NCBI GenBank assembly: GCA_963833095.1
Contig: CAWHWQ010000001.1
Span: forward strand, 608,001 to 672,000
DNA: 64,000 bases
From: Vulcanimicrobiota bacterium
GTDB taxonomy: Bacteria > Vulcanimicrobiota > Vulcanimicrobiia > Vulcanimicrobiales > Vulcanimicrobiaceae
Direction of reading: 5' to 3'
Shown: piece by piece, positions 1-9,858 of the stretch
Layout: each line of letters begins with the position of its first letter
How positions within the stretch are numbered: the first letter of the stretch is position 1
Made by a program: the position numbers and the translations under genes
Notes under the pieces: generated by a model
What the model saw: only the letters and a program-made list of their open reading frames with translations
Told to the model about the DNA's origin: nothing
The model's database searches: none

Positions 1-1873
1 GATTTCGCTCATCGTCCCCGTCAACTCGGGAACGAGCGGAGCGCGCCGCCCCGCCTACATTTCGGCCTCCGCGCAAGGCGCGGGCATCATCGTGACGCAG
101 GGCTCGGCAACCGTCAACGCGACGCTCGACCTCTCGTCAGGCTCAAGCGCTTGTACGGGCAGCGGCAGTTCGCGCACGTGTACGACGAGCGTTACCGTGC
201 CGATCGGCAACGACGTGTTTGCGGTGACGATCTACAATCAATCCCCGGCGAACAATGTGATTCCGGCCGGCGCCGCTATTCTCGGCGTCGGCACCAGCAT
301 GGTCGATGTGATCGCCGGTTCGACGACCAGCGTTCCGGTGTATATCGGCGGACAAATCGCGCATTTCGGCGCGACGCTGCCGTCAGGCTCACTTCCGGGC
401 AACGGCCACGCGCAAAGCGCGGTGCTGGTGATCGGGCCGACCGATTTCGGTAACAATCCGATCACCGCGGGAACCAGCGATCCGTATGCCAATCCGATCA
501 CCGTTGCGGTCTCTGAGACGGGGGGCACAGGGAACGCGACGCTCTCGCTCAACGGAGGCCCCGCGAGCAGCAGCGTGCAGGTGACGAAATCAGCTGATTC
601 CCTCGCGCTAAACTACAACGGCGGCGGCGCACCGGGCTATTCGTTCACGGTAACGCTCAGCGCGAGCGGCGTGAGCTCGCAGTCGTCGACGATCGCGCCG
701 CTCATCGCATCGATCGGCGGTTCGGCGGTGACGAGCGTCGGCCTCAACGGCACGGTTTCGAACCTCACCCTGACCGTGGGCGAAGCGGGAAGCTCACGCA
801 CTTACACGCCTACTCTTTCGACGTGTACCGGCATCGCGACGATCGGCGCGCTGAGCGGCAGCGGCGCATCGGCAACGCTTCCAGTCGGCGGCGGCGCGAC
901 GCCGAGCGCGAGCGGATGCACGCTCACGATCACCGATTCGGGCAGCGTCGCATTGGTCTTGCCGGTCACGAATACGCCGGTCACCTCGGGCGTAAGCGTT
1001 AACGGCTCGACGATCTTCGAGATGTCGGGCTTCACACATCCCTACGGCATCACGAGCGGACCCGACGGAAATATCTACTTTACCGATTCGGGCACCGTCG
1101 AAGTCCTTCAGCCGAACAACTCCGTGCCGTTGGCACAATGGGTGATCACCGGAAATCTCTTTGACATTACGACCGGCTCCGACGGCGCACTTTGGATGAC
1201 CGATCAAGCAAACGGCGGCGCGGATCGGCTGACGACAACCGGTATCATCGCAAAATACCCCTTTAGCGGCACGCCGCAAGGTATAGCGCCCGGTCCGAAC
1301 GGGCTGATGTTGATCGCCGATAACACAAGCGGCGGCGTCTGGACGCTCGACACCGGCGGCCTCTTTACGATCCTTCCGTTCTCACCGTCGGGCACACCAT
1401 CGGAAGTGACGTGGGTCCCCGGCGGTGCCAACGGCGACGCGTGGTTCGCGGAGGCCAATTTCATCGGTGACTTCAGCTTGAACAACAACGCCGTGACCAC
1501 CGAACTCGGCGTACCCGACGGCGACACCGCAAACTACATCGCCTACGGGCCGGATGGCAATGTCTGGGTGACGGCATCGGGAGGCAGCGCTCCGCTTGTA
1601 CTCGTCATCAATCCATCAACCGATGCCATAACGCAGATACCTTTGGGTGTGGGCGCAACGCCCCAAGGCATTACCGCGGGCGCCGACCACGCGATGTGGT
1701 TCGTCGACCCCGGCACCAATAGCATCGGCGAAATCAACATCACGACGCACGCGGTCACAATGTTTCCCGTCCCCACGAGCAGCGCTGGGCTGCGAGAGAT
1801 CGCTAAAGGTGCCGATGGCCGGCTGTGGTTCACCGAAAATAGCGTAGGGCAGATCGGCTGGCTTATCCCTTAG
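1..1873 (+). CDS. Secreted protein, 5'-truncated by the window edge: Ser/Thr/Gly-rich beta-sandwich region plus C-terminal Vgb (virginiamycin B lyase)-like beta-propeller
   Basis: Frame is open from base 2 (ISLIVPV...RRPAYIS). C-terminus has repeated GITSGPDGNIYFTD / ITAGADHAMWF / GADGRLWFTE blades. Confidence 0.8.
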   Translation, partial: ISLIVPVNSGTSGARRPAYISASAQGAGIIVTQGSATVNATLDLSSGSSACTGSGSSRTCTTSVTVPIGNDVFAVTIYNQSPANNVIPAGAAILGVGTSMVDVIAGSTTSVPVYIGGQIAHFGATLPSGSLPGNGHAQSAVLVIGPTDFGNNPITAGTSDPYANPITVAVSETGGTGNATLSLNGGPASSSVQVTKSADSLALNYNGGGAPGYSFTVTLSASGVSSQSSTIAPLIASIGGSAVTSVGLNGTVSNLTLTVGEAGSSRTYTPTLSTCTGIATIGALSGSGASATLPVGGGATPSASGCTLTITDSGSVALVLPVTNTPVTSGVSVNGSTIFEMSGFTHPYGITSGPDGNIYFTDSGTVEVLQPNNSVPLAQWVITGNLFDITTGSDGALWMTDQANGGADRLTTTGIIAKYPFSGTPQGIAPGPNGLMLIADNTSGGVWTLDTGGLFTILPFSPSGTPSEVTWVPGGANGDAWFAEANFIGDFSLNNNAVTTELGVPDGDTANYIAYGPDGNVWVTASGGSAPLVLVINPSTDAITQIPLGVGATPQGITAGADHAMWFVDPGTNSIGEINITTHAVTMFPVPTSSAGLREIAKGADGRLWFTENSVGQIGWLIP

Positions 1874-2355
1874 ACGGGTTCGACCGTCACCAGATTCATT
1901 TTATCGCCGCGCTTGATTGCGTCGAGCGTTTCGAAGCCCTCGGTCATCTGTCCAAATACGGTGTAGTTGTTATCAAGAAAGCGCGCATCGGCTAGACAAA
2001 TGTAGAACTGCGAGCCGGCGGAATCGGGATTTGACGAGCGAGCCATCGCTACTGTCCCACGCACATGCGGTTGCTTGTTGAATTCGGCTTTGAGGCGATA
2101 TCCGGGGCCGCCCGTGCCGTCGCCGTCGGGATCACCACCTTGGATTACGAAGCCCGGCTCGACGCGGTGGAACGCCAGTCCGTCGTAGAAGCCCTCTTCG
2201 GCGAGCTTCATAAAAGCAGCGGTGTGAACGGGCGCATCATCAGGGAAAAACGTGAAGAGGATGTCACCTTTGTCGGTGGCAATGCGAACTTTGGATTCGC
2301 GAGCACGTTCGGTGTAGGTTTTGACTTCGTCGGGTGTCGGAGCAGCAGTCGGCAT
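1870..2355 (-). CDS. Cyclophilin-type peptidyl-prolyl cis-trans isomerase
   Basis: FYDGLAFHRVEPGFVIQGGDP, AMARS, SAGSQFYI, YTVFGQ. Start trimmed to MPTAAP (2355). Confidence 0.95.
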   Translation of the reverse strand: MPTAAPTPDEVKTYTERARESKVRIATDKGDILFTFFPDDAPVHTAAFMKLAEEGFYDGLAFHRVEPGFVIQGGDPDGDGTGGPGYRLKAEFNKQPHVRGTVAMARSSNPDSAGSQFYICLADARFLDNNYTVFGQMTEGFETLDAIKRGDKMNLVTVEPV

Positions 2356-2415
2356 TGCGCTCTCTTGCACCGCACGTGTTTCGTGCCCTTCGCCTTGCGG
2401 TAAATCTCGACCGAA

Positions 2416-2862
2416 ATGCCCGAGAAGCCCACCCTTCACGTCCAGATCCCGCCTGACCCACAGTACGCTCGCACGGTGCGCGGAGCGCTTGCCGCATTTG
2501 CGTCGCTCCACGGCGTTGTCGAGCTGGATCAGGCCGCAGTGGTGCTCGCGGTTGGTGAGGCTCTAGCCAACGCGATCGAGCACGCTGCAGCCCAGGGTGA
2601 CATAAAAGTGACCGTGGAGATCGATCGGGACGTTATCTTCGCCCGAATTGTGGACAGCGGACGCGGCCTCAACGAAACGCCCACCGATTTGCAGCCGCTG
2701 CCCGATGATGACGAAGAGGGCGGTCGAGGCATTCCGATCATGCAGCGCTGCGTCGACCAGTGGAGCGTCGAGAGTTCCCCGGGTCTAGGGACGATCGTAA
2801 CGCTGCGACGCTTCCGCCGCCATACCGCGCCAACCGATCAGGAACAAGTCGCCTTCTCGTAA
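2416..2862 (+). CDS. RsbW-like anti-sigma factor / HATPase_c ATP-binding protein
   Basis: LAVGEALANAIEHA, DSGRG, EGGRGIPIM motifs. Confidence 0.9.
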   Translation: MPEKPTLHVQIPPDPQYARTVRGALAAFASLHGVVELDQAAVVLAVGEALANAIEHAAAQGDIKVTVEIDRDVIFARIVDSGRGLNETPTDLQPLPDDDEEGGRGIPIMQRCVDQWSVESSPGLGTIVTLRRFRRHTAPTDQEQVAFS

Positions 2863-2874
2863 AAGCTTGCAGGC

Positions 2875-4215
2875 ATGAATCTTCACGCCTGCCTTGCGGC
2901 CATCGTCGCAACCGTGCTCTCCTACGCGGCGCCGAGCCCCGCACCGCTCGATCCCCAGATCGCCGCGATGGTCGCCCAGGTCAGCGCCGATCGCCTGCGC
3001 GCCAACGACACCAAACTCGTCGGATTCTTTACGCGCAACGATTTTTCCGAAACGAGCTCGACGGCGACGCGCGGTGTGTTCGGTGCGCGCGATTGGATTC
3101 GCGCGCAGTTCGAAGCGATTGCAAAGACGAGTGGCGGCCGGATGACCGTGGCGCTCGACGACTACACGCAACCCAAGACGGCTCGCACGCCGCGCGCCGT
3201 CGCCGAATCGAGCATCATTGCGACGCTGCGCGGCGACGAGCCGGGGCTCATCTACGTGATGTCAAGCCATTACGACGACTGCAACGGCGACTGCACCAAC
3301 GGCACGCGTGAAGCTCCCGGAGCCGACGATAACGGGTCGGGTACGTCGGCCGTCCTCGAAGCCGCACGCATCATGGCCCCCCATCATTTTCGCGGCACGA
3401 TCATCTTCGCAGTGTTCGACGGTGAAGAGCTCGGGCTGTGGGGATCCTCGCACTACGCCGACGAGCTCAAAGCGAAAGGCGTCCCGGTTGCGGCCAATTT
3501 GAACAACGACATTATCGGGAACTCGACGGGCGGCAACGGCGTGCATGAGCCAAGCGTCATCCGCGTCTTCAGTCAGGCACTTCCCGTCGACGCTAAGCTC
3601 GCCGGCGTGAATCTCGTCGGAACCGAGAACGACTCACCCTCGCGCGAGCTTGCGCGCTTCGTGGGCGAAACGGTTCCCCCGTACATGGACGGATTCACGG
3701 TGCGCCAAATCTGGCGCGCCGATCGTTTTCTGCGCGGTGGCGATCAAGAATCGTTCCAAGCCGACGGCTATCCGGCGATCCGGTTTGTTGAGCCGAACGA
3801 AAACTTCACGCATCAGCACCAAGACGTGCGCGTTGAAAACGGCGTGCAATACGGCGATCTGCTGCAATACATCGACTTCGACTATATGGCCAAGGCAACG
3901 CAAGCCAACGTCGCTGCGCTTGCCGCGCTCGCCCTGGGTCCTCAAGCACCGCCAAACGCGCAGATGGTGCTCCAGCACCTCGGCTACGATTCGACGCTGC
4001 GCTGGAAGCCCGCGATCGGCGCCGCCTCCTACGAAATCGTCTGGCGTTCGACAACGGCGTCCGATTGGCAATACGCGGCGAACGTCGGCAACGTCACCCA
4101 GGCGACAGTTCCGGTTAGCAAAGACGACTACATCCTCGGCGTGCGCGCTATCGACGCGCACGGACATCGCAGCGTCGCGAGCTACCCGACGCCCGTGCGT
4201 GAACCTTCGAAGTAG
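2875..4215 (+). CDS. Secreted M28 family metallopeptidase with C-terminal FN3-like domain
   Basis: Signal peptide; SHYD, PGADDNGSG, GEELGLWGS, NNDIIG. Confidence 0.9.
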   Translation: MNLHACLAAIVATVLSYAAPSPAPLDPQIAAMVAQVSADRLRANDTKLVGFFTRNDFSETSSTATRGVFGARDWIRAQFEAIAKTSGGRMTVALDDYTQPKTARTPRAVAESSIIATLRGDEPGLIYVMSSHYDDCNGDCTNGTREAPGADDNGSGTSAVLEAARIMAPHHFRGTIIFAVFDGEELGLWGSSHYADELKAKGVPVAANLNNDIIGNSTGGNGVHEPSVIRVFSQALPVDAKLAGVNLVGTENDSPSRELARFVGETVPPYMDGFTVRQIWRADRFLRGGDQESFQADGYPAIRFVEPNENFTHQHQDVRVENGVQYGDLLQYIDFDYMAKATQANVAALAALALGPQAPPNAQMVLQHLGYDSTLRWKPAIGAASYEIVWRSTTASDWQYAANVGNVTQATVPVSKDDYILGVRAIDAHGHRSVASYPTPVREPSK

Positions 4216-4220
4216 CGCTC

Positions 4221-5342
4221 CTACGTATCCGGGGCAAGGTCCGAGCCCAGCAGTAAGGTCGAACTCGTGCCGGGACGCAAGCTCGTCGAGAAGACGTGCG
4301 CGAGCGCCTGCGCGGCAGGCGAACTGCCGACCACGATGCTGGTGGCCTTTGCGGGCTGATCGATTGACGTTTGGACGTTCCAGCCGCCACCACGCAGCGC
4401 CCCGACGATCGTACGATCGAACTCGCTGTTGCCCGTCGCATTCGCGACGAGCACCTGATCTTGCGGCGGCTCTCCTTTGGCGAAAAGGAGCTTTCCTATG
4501 AGTTTCGCCCAGCGATCGTCGACGAAAACAACGGAAGCGTCGCCCACCCACCCGGCTTTGCTCGGCAGCGTAAACGCGCGAATATTATCGTCGGGCACGT
4601 CACGATACACCTCGAGCAACGCGAGTAACTGTTGGTCGCTCAGCGTCGTCTTCATGTCCTTGCGGGCGAATTGCAGAATGCGCGGCAGCTTGGCCCAGTT
4701 CTGCGGTTGGCTGAGCTGATTCATCATCAGTTTGAGGACCTGTTGTTGGCGCTTCATTCGGCCGTAGTCCGACGAGGCGTCATGGCGAAAGCGCAGATAC
4801 CCCGCCACTTGACCGCCGGTTAAATACTGCTCGCCCTTTTTCAAGTGAATGTGCAAGTCGCCGTTGTTGTCGTCGTAGTCCATCGACTCGTCGACGTCGA
4901 CGTTGAGGCCGCCCATCGCATCCACGATCTGGGCCGCGCCCTCGGGCTGCAGCGCAATAGTCGCATCGATGGGCGCACCGCCGAGCAGCTCGCTCACGAC
5001 GCGCGCGCTCATTTTCGCTCCGCCGTAAGCGTAAGCGGCGTTGGCCTTGTCATGACCGTGATTCGGGATGACCACCCAACTATCGCGCGGGATCGAGACC
5101 AATGTTGCGGTACGGCGATCGACATCGAGATGCGCAAGAATGATCGTATCGGTCGTGGCCTCGTCATCTTGGTATCCAAGAACGAGCAGATTGAGTTTGC
5201 TCGCACCGAATGCTCGATGCGAAGTTTGCACGGCCACTTCGTGGCGCACGTGGTCACCGAAGATAAAGAATCCGGCGACGACCGCCGCTGTGCCGGTGAT
5301 CGCTACAAGCGCAACGCGCTTCCAGCGTATGGTCGAAAACAT
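4221..5342 (-). CDS. LCP (LytR-CpsA-Psr) family protein with LytR C-terminal domain
   Basis: N-terminal TM; TDTIIL, VSIPRD, YLRFRHD..DYGRMKRQQ. Confidence 0.93.
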   Translation of the reverse strand: MFSTIRWKRVALVAITGTAAVVAGFFIFGDHVRHEVAVQTSHRAFGASKLNLLVLGYQDDEATTDTIILAHLDVDRRTATLVSIPRDSWVVIPNHGHDKANAAYAYGGAKMSARVVSELLGGAPIDATIALQPEGAAQIVDAMGGLNVDVDESMDYDDNNGDLHIHLKKGEQYLTGGQVAGYLRFRHDASSDYGRMKRQQQVLKLMMNQLSQPQNWAKLPRILQFARKDMKTTLSDQQLLALLEVYRDVPDDNIRAFTLPSKAGWVGDASVVFVDDRWAKLIGKLLFAKGEPPQDQVLVANATGNSEFDRTIVGALRGGGWNVQTSIDQPAKATSIVVGSSPAAQALAHVFSTSLRPGTSSTLLLGSDLAPDT

Positions 5343-5394
5343 AAAAACTCCTCACGTGTGGTGTTCGCAGGAGCGTCCGTTCGCGGACGCGGGG

Positions 5395-6009
5395 TTATGC
5401 GAACGAAATCGGAGGAGCGCGATTGCCGATCCGGCATAGGACCGGAGCGCTGCGTCGCGCCCACGCCATGCCGCGGCGGCGCAGCGCGAGCGGCGAAGGA
5501 GCGTGGAGCGCGCGCGTTGCAAGCGCGCGGAAACGGCGGATTACGCAGAGTGTTGTGTGCGTACAGGTACGCGCAACGCGCGCAATGCCGTACGCGACGG
5601 CAACACCGACGAGCCCGTGGGCGAGCATGCTAAACCAAATCGGGCCGCCAAGCCAAATCGTGCTGCCAAGCGTGTGACCCGTTACGATGACCTGCTCGGT
5701 CGTCTCCATCGCATAGAGCACGACGAGCTGCAGCGCAAGGATGAACGGAAGCAGTCGTCCCACGTGGGTGCGCAGCGCTTCGCGGGAGGCTCGTAGCAGT
5801 TCTCGACGGATGCGCAGCGCCAGATAGCACGCGACCAGGATCGCACCGCACAAAAGCGTCGGCAGCACATCCAAGCTCGAGCGATCGGTGAACACTCCGT
5901 GCCCGAACCAGCCCGCATTCGAGGCGGCTTCGACCAGCGGGTCGGCGATCGCGGCGGCAATCACCGCCGACGCAACGCAGAACCAGAATCGAATGGAACC
6001 GTGCCTCAC
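5395..6009 (-). CDS. Hypothetical membrane protein
   Basis: About 4 hydrophobic segments, C-terminal RAPP motif; GTG start 7 nt after TATAAT. Confidence 0.7.
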   Translation of the reverse strand: MRHGSIRFWFCVASAVIAAAIADPLVEAASNAGWFGHGVFTDRSSLDVLPTLLCGAILVACYLALRIRRELLRASREALRTHVGRLLPFILALQLVVLYAMETTEQVIVTGHTLGSTIWLGGPIWFSMLAHGLVGVAVAYGIARVARTCTHTTLCVIRRFRALATRALHAPSPLALRRRGMAWARRSAPVLCRIGNRAPPISFA

Positions 6010-6036
6010 AGGGGCGATTATACCCTTAGATTCTGA

Positions 6037-6153
6037 AAATCCGCACAAACCTATCCAGCAGACGAGGATCGCCTTCGAAACATCACGATCGGTCTTTTTC
6101 GTGATCCCGAGGGCCGCACCATCGGCCTGGTGGATCCGGGCGCCGCGATGTAA
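6037..6153 (+). pseudogene. Remnant of the C-terminus of a VOC/glyoxalase family gene
   Basis: Frame reads ...NITIGLFRDPEGRTIGLVDPGAAM*; in-frame TGA at 6034 and no usable start codon upstream of the motif. Confidence 0.45.
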
Positions 6154-6156
6154 CGG

Positions 6157-6198
6157 AGAAGGCCGGCTAGATCCTCTAGCCGGCCTTCTTCTTTTCTT
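6157..6198. terminator. Intrinsic terminator hairpin
   Basis: AGAAGGCCGGCTAGA-tcc-TCTAGCCGGCCTTCT, 15-bp stem followed by a T-rich tract. Confidence 0.8.
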
Positions 6199-6210
6199 AG
6201 AACCGTTTAG

Positions 6211-6822
6211 CTAGAAGCGGGGCGGGCGGCCGTTGGAGCGGCGCTCGCCGCGCGGATAGTAGCCGCCGCGCGACGCCGGTGCGACGTACGTGCGACCGCG
6301 ATAGGTGCCACCGCGATATATGGTATTTACGCGCACGTTGTTGTACACGCGCGCGTTACCGACGTAATGGTAGCCGCCGGTCGCGAAGTAGCCGCCATGC
6401 CACCAGCCGGTGTTGCCGAAGAAAAAGCCCAGGCTGATCGAGGGCCCGTAGAAGCTCCATGGATGTCCGGCGTAGTAAGGCACGCCTGCGTAATACGTGT
6501 AGGGCGTGTCCACCTCATTAGCGGCGAAGTACGGTCCTTCGTTGTAGCCGAGGATGCTGACGACCATGCCCGGTGCGAGCGTAAGGCCGGTCGGATTGAT
6601 GATCGTGCCGTCGTGCAACTGCACGTTGTCGGCGTATCCACGATCGTCTTGAACGATAAGGTTGTAACCGCCGTCAAAGCTCGAGATGCGCCCTTGAATC
6701 TGTCCGTCCTCGGCAACCGGCGGTCCGGCCGGCTGGGCATACGACGGGGCATCTTGCGCGAGCGCGACCGTTGGGGTTATAAAAGCGAGTGCCGCAAGCG
6801 CGGCGAGCAATTTAATGTGCAT
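6211..6822 (-). CDS. Hypothetical secreted protein with Gly/Tyr/Arg-rich C-terminus
   Basis: Signal peptide MHIKLLAALAALAF...ALA; small beta domain; GGYY/RGG-rich tail. Confidence 0.75.
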   Translation of the reverse strand: MHIKLLAALAALAFITPTVALAQDAPSYAQPAGPPVAEDGQIQGRISSFDGGYNLIVQDDRGYADNVQLHDGTIINPTGLTLAPGMVVSILGYNEGPYFAANEVDTPYTYYAGVPYYAGHPWSFYGPSISLGFFFGNTGWWHGGYFATGGYHYVGNARVYNNVRVNTIYRGGTYRGRTYVAPASRGGYYPRGERRSNGRPPRF

Positions 6823-6924
6823 ACAGTCCAGAAACGTACCCCGCTTTCCTACCGATGCCACATTGCCCCACTCTCGCCGAATTCTAATCAGTTAACCAAG
6901 CTATGGCATACTCCGTTGCCCCAG

Positions 6925-8223
6925 TTACGACAAGAAGGACGCCCGTATTGAGGCCACGGTCTCATCGATATCTTCTGCGCTGTGCGCGGTCGACACGAAC
7001 ATCACTTCGTTTTGACTAGGCGGCAATAACACGCCGCGATCGAGCATGCCGTGCCAGTAGTCGGCGTATTGCCGCTTATCCGCAGCGAGCGCATCGTCGT
7101 AGTCGCGGTTGGGTGGTCCCGCTCGGAATTTAAAATCAACGATCGACTCATGTTGCACCACCGCGTAGGGAAGATCGCGCTCGCGGAAGATCGCGCGAAT
7201 GCCATCAGCCAATCGCTGCGCTAGACCACGCATCTGGTCGTAGTATTCGGGATGCGATTCCAGCAGATCGAGGACGCGATGCGCCATCCCGATGGAAAAC
7301 GGATTGCCGCCGTGCGTTCCGCCGGTAAATGTGCCACCAATCGGCGCCAGCACCGCCATCACGTCTTCGCGTCCGCCGAAAGCGGCGATCGGCGCGCCGC
7401 CGCCCATAATCTTCCCAACGACCGTCATGTCGGGCGTTACCTGCACCAGTGCCTGCGCACCCCCAAGCCCAAAGCGCAGCCAGGTGATCACTTCATCGAA
7501 AATCAGCAAAGCGCCGTGTCGCGCTGCGCGCTCGCGCAATCCTTCGAGAAATCCCGTGACCGGCGTGACGTAGCCCATGTTGCCGACGATCGGTTCGACG
7601 ATGATCGCCGCCAATTCGTGCTCGCGTCCTTTGAGGAACGCATCGACGCTCGCGAGGTCGTTGTAGCGCGCGACCACGACGTCGCGCATAATGCCAGCGG
7701 GAATGCCGCTGGCTTGCGCGTCCGAGGTGTGCGCCGAAGCACCCGCGTCGAGCAACGCAACATCCGAATGGCCGTGGTAGTTGCCGGCAAACTTGAGGAT
7801 CAACGAACGCTTTGTGTATGCGCGCGCAACGCGAATCGCGCTCATCACCGCCTCGGTTCCGGTGGTGACAAAGCGCATCCGCTCCATCGAGGGCAGACGC
7901 TCGCGAATCCGTTCGGCTAGGCGAATCTCATCGGGATGAGTGGTCCCCCACACCAAGCCGTGCCGGGCGAGTTCGTCGAGGCCGGTTACGAGCGCCGGGT
8001 GGGTATGGCCGAAAAGCAGCGGGCCGTACGCCATGATGTAGTCGATGTAGCGACGTCCCTCTTCATCATATGCGTGCGCCCCTTCGGCGCGGGCTTGCAC
8101 GAACATTGGGCCGCCTACGGCCCAGCCGGAACGCACCGGCGAATCGCATCCGCCGGCCAGAACGGCCTGCGCCCGTTCGCGCGTCGACACGCTTAGCGTG
8201 ACAGGGGGGTGTGCTTGCTTCAC
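6925..8223 (-). CDS. hemL: Glutamate-1-semialdehyde 2,1-aminomutase
   Basis: GGCDSPVR, TGTEAVMSAIRVAR, FDEVIT, GKIMGGG (PLP lysine), PPSQNE. Start at GTG 8223 is approximate. Confidence 0.92.
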   Translation of the reverse strand: MKQAHPPVTLSVSTRERAQAVLAGGCDSPVRSGWAVGGPMFVQARAEGAHAYDEEGRRYIDYIMAYGPLLFGHTHPALVTGLDELARHGLVWGTTHPDEIRLAERIRERLPSMERMRFVTTGTEAVMSAIRVARAYTKRSLILKFAGNYHGHSDVALLDAGASAHTSDAQASGIPAGIMRDVVVARYNDLASVDAFLKGREHELAAIIVEPIVGNMGYVTPVTGFLEGLRERAARHGALLIFDEVITWLRFGLGGAQALVQVTPDMTVVGKIMGGGAPIAAFGGREDVMAVLAPIGGTFTGGTHGGNPFSIGMAHRVLDLLESHPEYYDQMRGLAQRLADGIRAIFRERDLPYAVVQHESIVDFKFRAGPPNRDYDDALAADKRQYADYWHGMLDRGVLLPPSQNEVMFVSTAHSAEDIDETVASIRASFLS

Positions 8224-8392
8224 CGGGCGCCCTTCGCGGGCTGTCGCTGCGGCGCCTCGCCGGGGTGCAACCATTGGGCTGCGCCTGCGGTTTAAGCCAA
8301 TGTTCCAGGTTTTCGTATTCCGCAGTCGAGCTTTTTCCAAGTCCACGAACGAGTCGAACCTAAAGACAAATAGAGAGATAGGAGACTCGTTT

Positions 8393-8692
8393 ATGTACAG
8401 AGATGAAACGCTCGGTTGTGTTGATTGCGGACGCCAGTTCGCATTTACGACCGGCGAACAAGAATTCTTCGCGATGAAGGGCTTTACCAATAAGCCCAGC
8501 CGTTGCCCGGATTGCCGAGTGGTGCGCAAAGCGCGCCAGCCGCAGACCGCAAGCACCAGCACCAGCCGTCGTGAGATGTTCCAGGCAACGTGCAGTCAAT
8601 GCGGGCAGCGGGCGGAGCTTCCGTTCCAGCCGCGCAATGACCGCCCGGTTTATTGCCGGGACTGCTTTGCCTCGCGGCAAGCATACCGCTAG
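8393..8692 (+). CDS. Zinc-ribbon (zf-trcl) plus CxxC-x17-CxxC domain protein
   Basis: CVDC...GEQEFF...RCPDCR and CSQC...PVYCRDC; AGGAG RBS. Confidence 0.92.
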   Translation: MYRDETLGCVDCGRQFAFTTGEQEFFAMKGFTNKPSRCPDCRVVRKARQPQTASTSTSRREMFQATCSQCGQRAELPFQPRNDRPVYCRDCFASRQAYR

Positions 8693-8710
8693 CCTTCGGG
8701 TTAGCATCGG

Positions 8711-8739
8711 AGAGGCGTCCCCCCCGGGGGCGCCTTTTT
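8711..8739 (+). terminator. Intrinsic terminator
   Basis: AGAGGCGTCCCC...GGGGCGCC followed by TTTTT, after the zinc-ribbon gene. Confidence 0.75.
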
Positions 8740-8763
8740 GTTATCAGCGAATAGGAGCGCCAT

Positions 8764-9858
8764 ATGCCGCATATCGAGATCGAGATCGCCCCGCAGACCA
8801 ACATCAAAGACCTGGTCAACGCGCTGCCTATTGCCGCCGACGTACTGACCCAGTTTGGTCTGGGCTGCTCGGGCTGCGGCGTGAGCAAATACGAGACGAT
8901 CGAGCAAGGCGCAAAGGCTCATGGCCTGCGTGCCGAGCCCATCATCGCGGCGCTCGGTCAAGCGCGGCTTTCCGGCTTTGTGCCCCTGATTTCCAACGAA
9001 GATCGCACGCCCGCGCGTCGCGCGCCGGGCGCGTTTACCGGTCGCGCGAAGATCGCGCACGTCGTCCCGGTCATGTCGGGTAAGGGCGGCGTCGGTAAAT
9101 CGCTGGTCACCGCATTGCTTGCGCTCGGCCTGCGCCGCAAGCACCTCGCCGTCGGCATTCTCGATGCCGACATCACCGGCCCATCGATTCCAAAACTCTT
9201 CGGTTTGCACACGCCTCTTGCGATCGAAGCCGATCCCAACGCTCCCAAGACGCCGCAAGGCAATCCGCAGCCGCTCATGGTGCCGGCCGTTTCACGCAGC
9301 GCGATCGAAGTCGTGAGTTCAAACCTGTTGACCGACAAAGAAGACACCGCGATGATCTGGCGCGGGCCGATTCTCTCCGGCGTGATCCGCCAGTTCTACG
9401 AGCAAGTCATGTGGAGCGATCTCGACGTGTTGCTGATCGATCTTCCGCCGGGAACATCGGATGCACCGCTCACGGTGCTGCAGTCGCTCTCGGTCGATGG
9501 CGTGGTGCTGGTCACGATGCCGCAGGCGCTAGCGACCATGATTGTACGCAAGGCCGCGAACCTCGTGCATCAGCTCAAGAAACCGATCCTTGGCGTGGTG
9601 GAGAATATGTCGTACTTCGTTGCGCCGGACACCGGCACGAAATACGAGATCTTCGGCCCATCGTATGCCGATCGCGTCGCCGAGCTCGCGCAGGCGCCGG
9701 TGTTTGCCCGTATCCCGATCGACCCGCGCAAAGCAGCGCTCGCCGACGAAGGCCGCGTCGAAGAGATCGACGATCCGATCTGCGATCAGCTCGCCGATTC
9801 GTTGCTTGCATCCCTCGCCGCGCACCCGAAACCCAAGGAGATGATCTCGCTGGTATGA
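8764..9858 (+). CDS. mrp: Mrp/NBP35 (ApbC) P-loop ATPase with N-terminal DUF1858-like CxxC domain
   Basis: SGKGGVGKS, DADITGPS, WRGP, DLPPGTSD, ENMS; N-terminal FGLGCSGC...ETIEQGAKAHG. Confidence 0.9.
   Translation: MPHIEIEIAPQTNIKDLVNALPIAADVLTQFGLGCSGCGVSKYETIEQGAKAHGLRAEPIIAALGQARLSGFVPLISNEDRTPARRAPGAFTGRAKIAHVVPVMSGKGGVGKSLVTALLALGLRRKHLAVGILDADITGPSIPKLFGLHTPLAIEADPNAPKTPQGNPQPLMVPAVSRSAIEVVSSNLLTDKEDTAMIWRGPILSGVIRQFYEQVMWSDLDVLLIDLPPGTSDAPLTVLQSLSVDGVVLVTMPQALATMIVRKAANLVHQLKKPILGVVENMSYFVAPDTGTKYEIFGPSYADRVAELAQAPVFARIPIDPRKAALADEGRVEEIDDPICDQLADSLLASLAAHPKPKEMISLV

Noticed and set aside
3634..4551. Long antisense or alternate-frame ORFs (also 4845-5633, 18040-18804, 34508-35335, 54236-55087)
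   Set aside because: Arg/Ala-rich shadow ORFs typical of high GC, overlapping well-supported genes.
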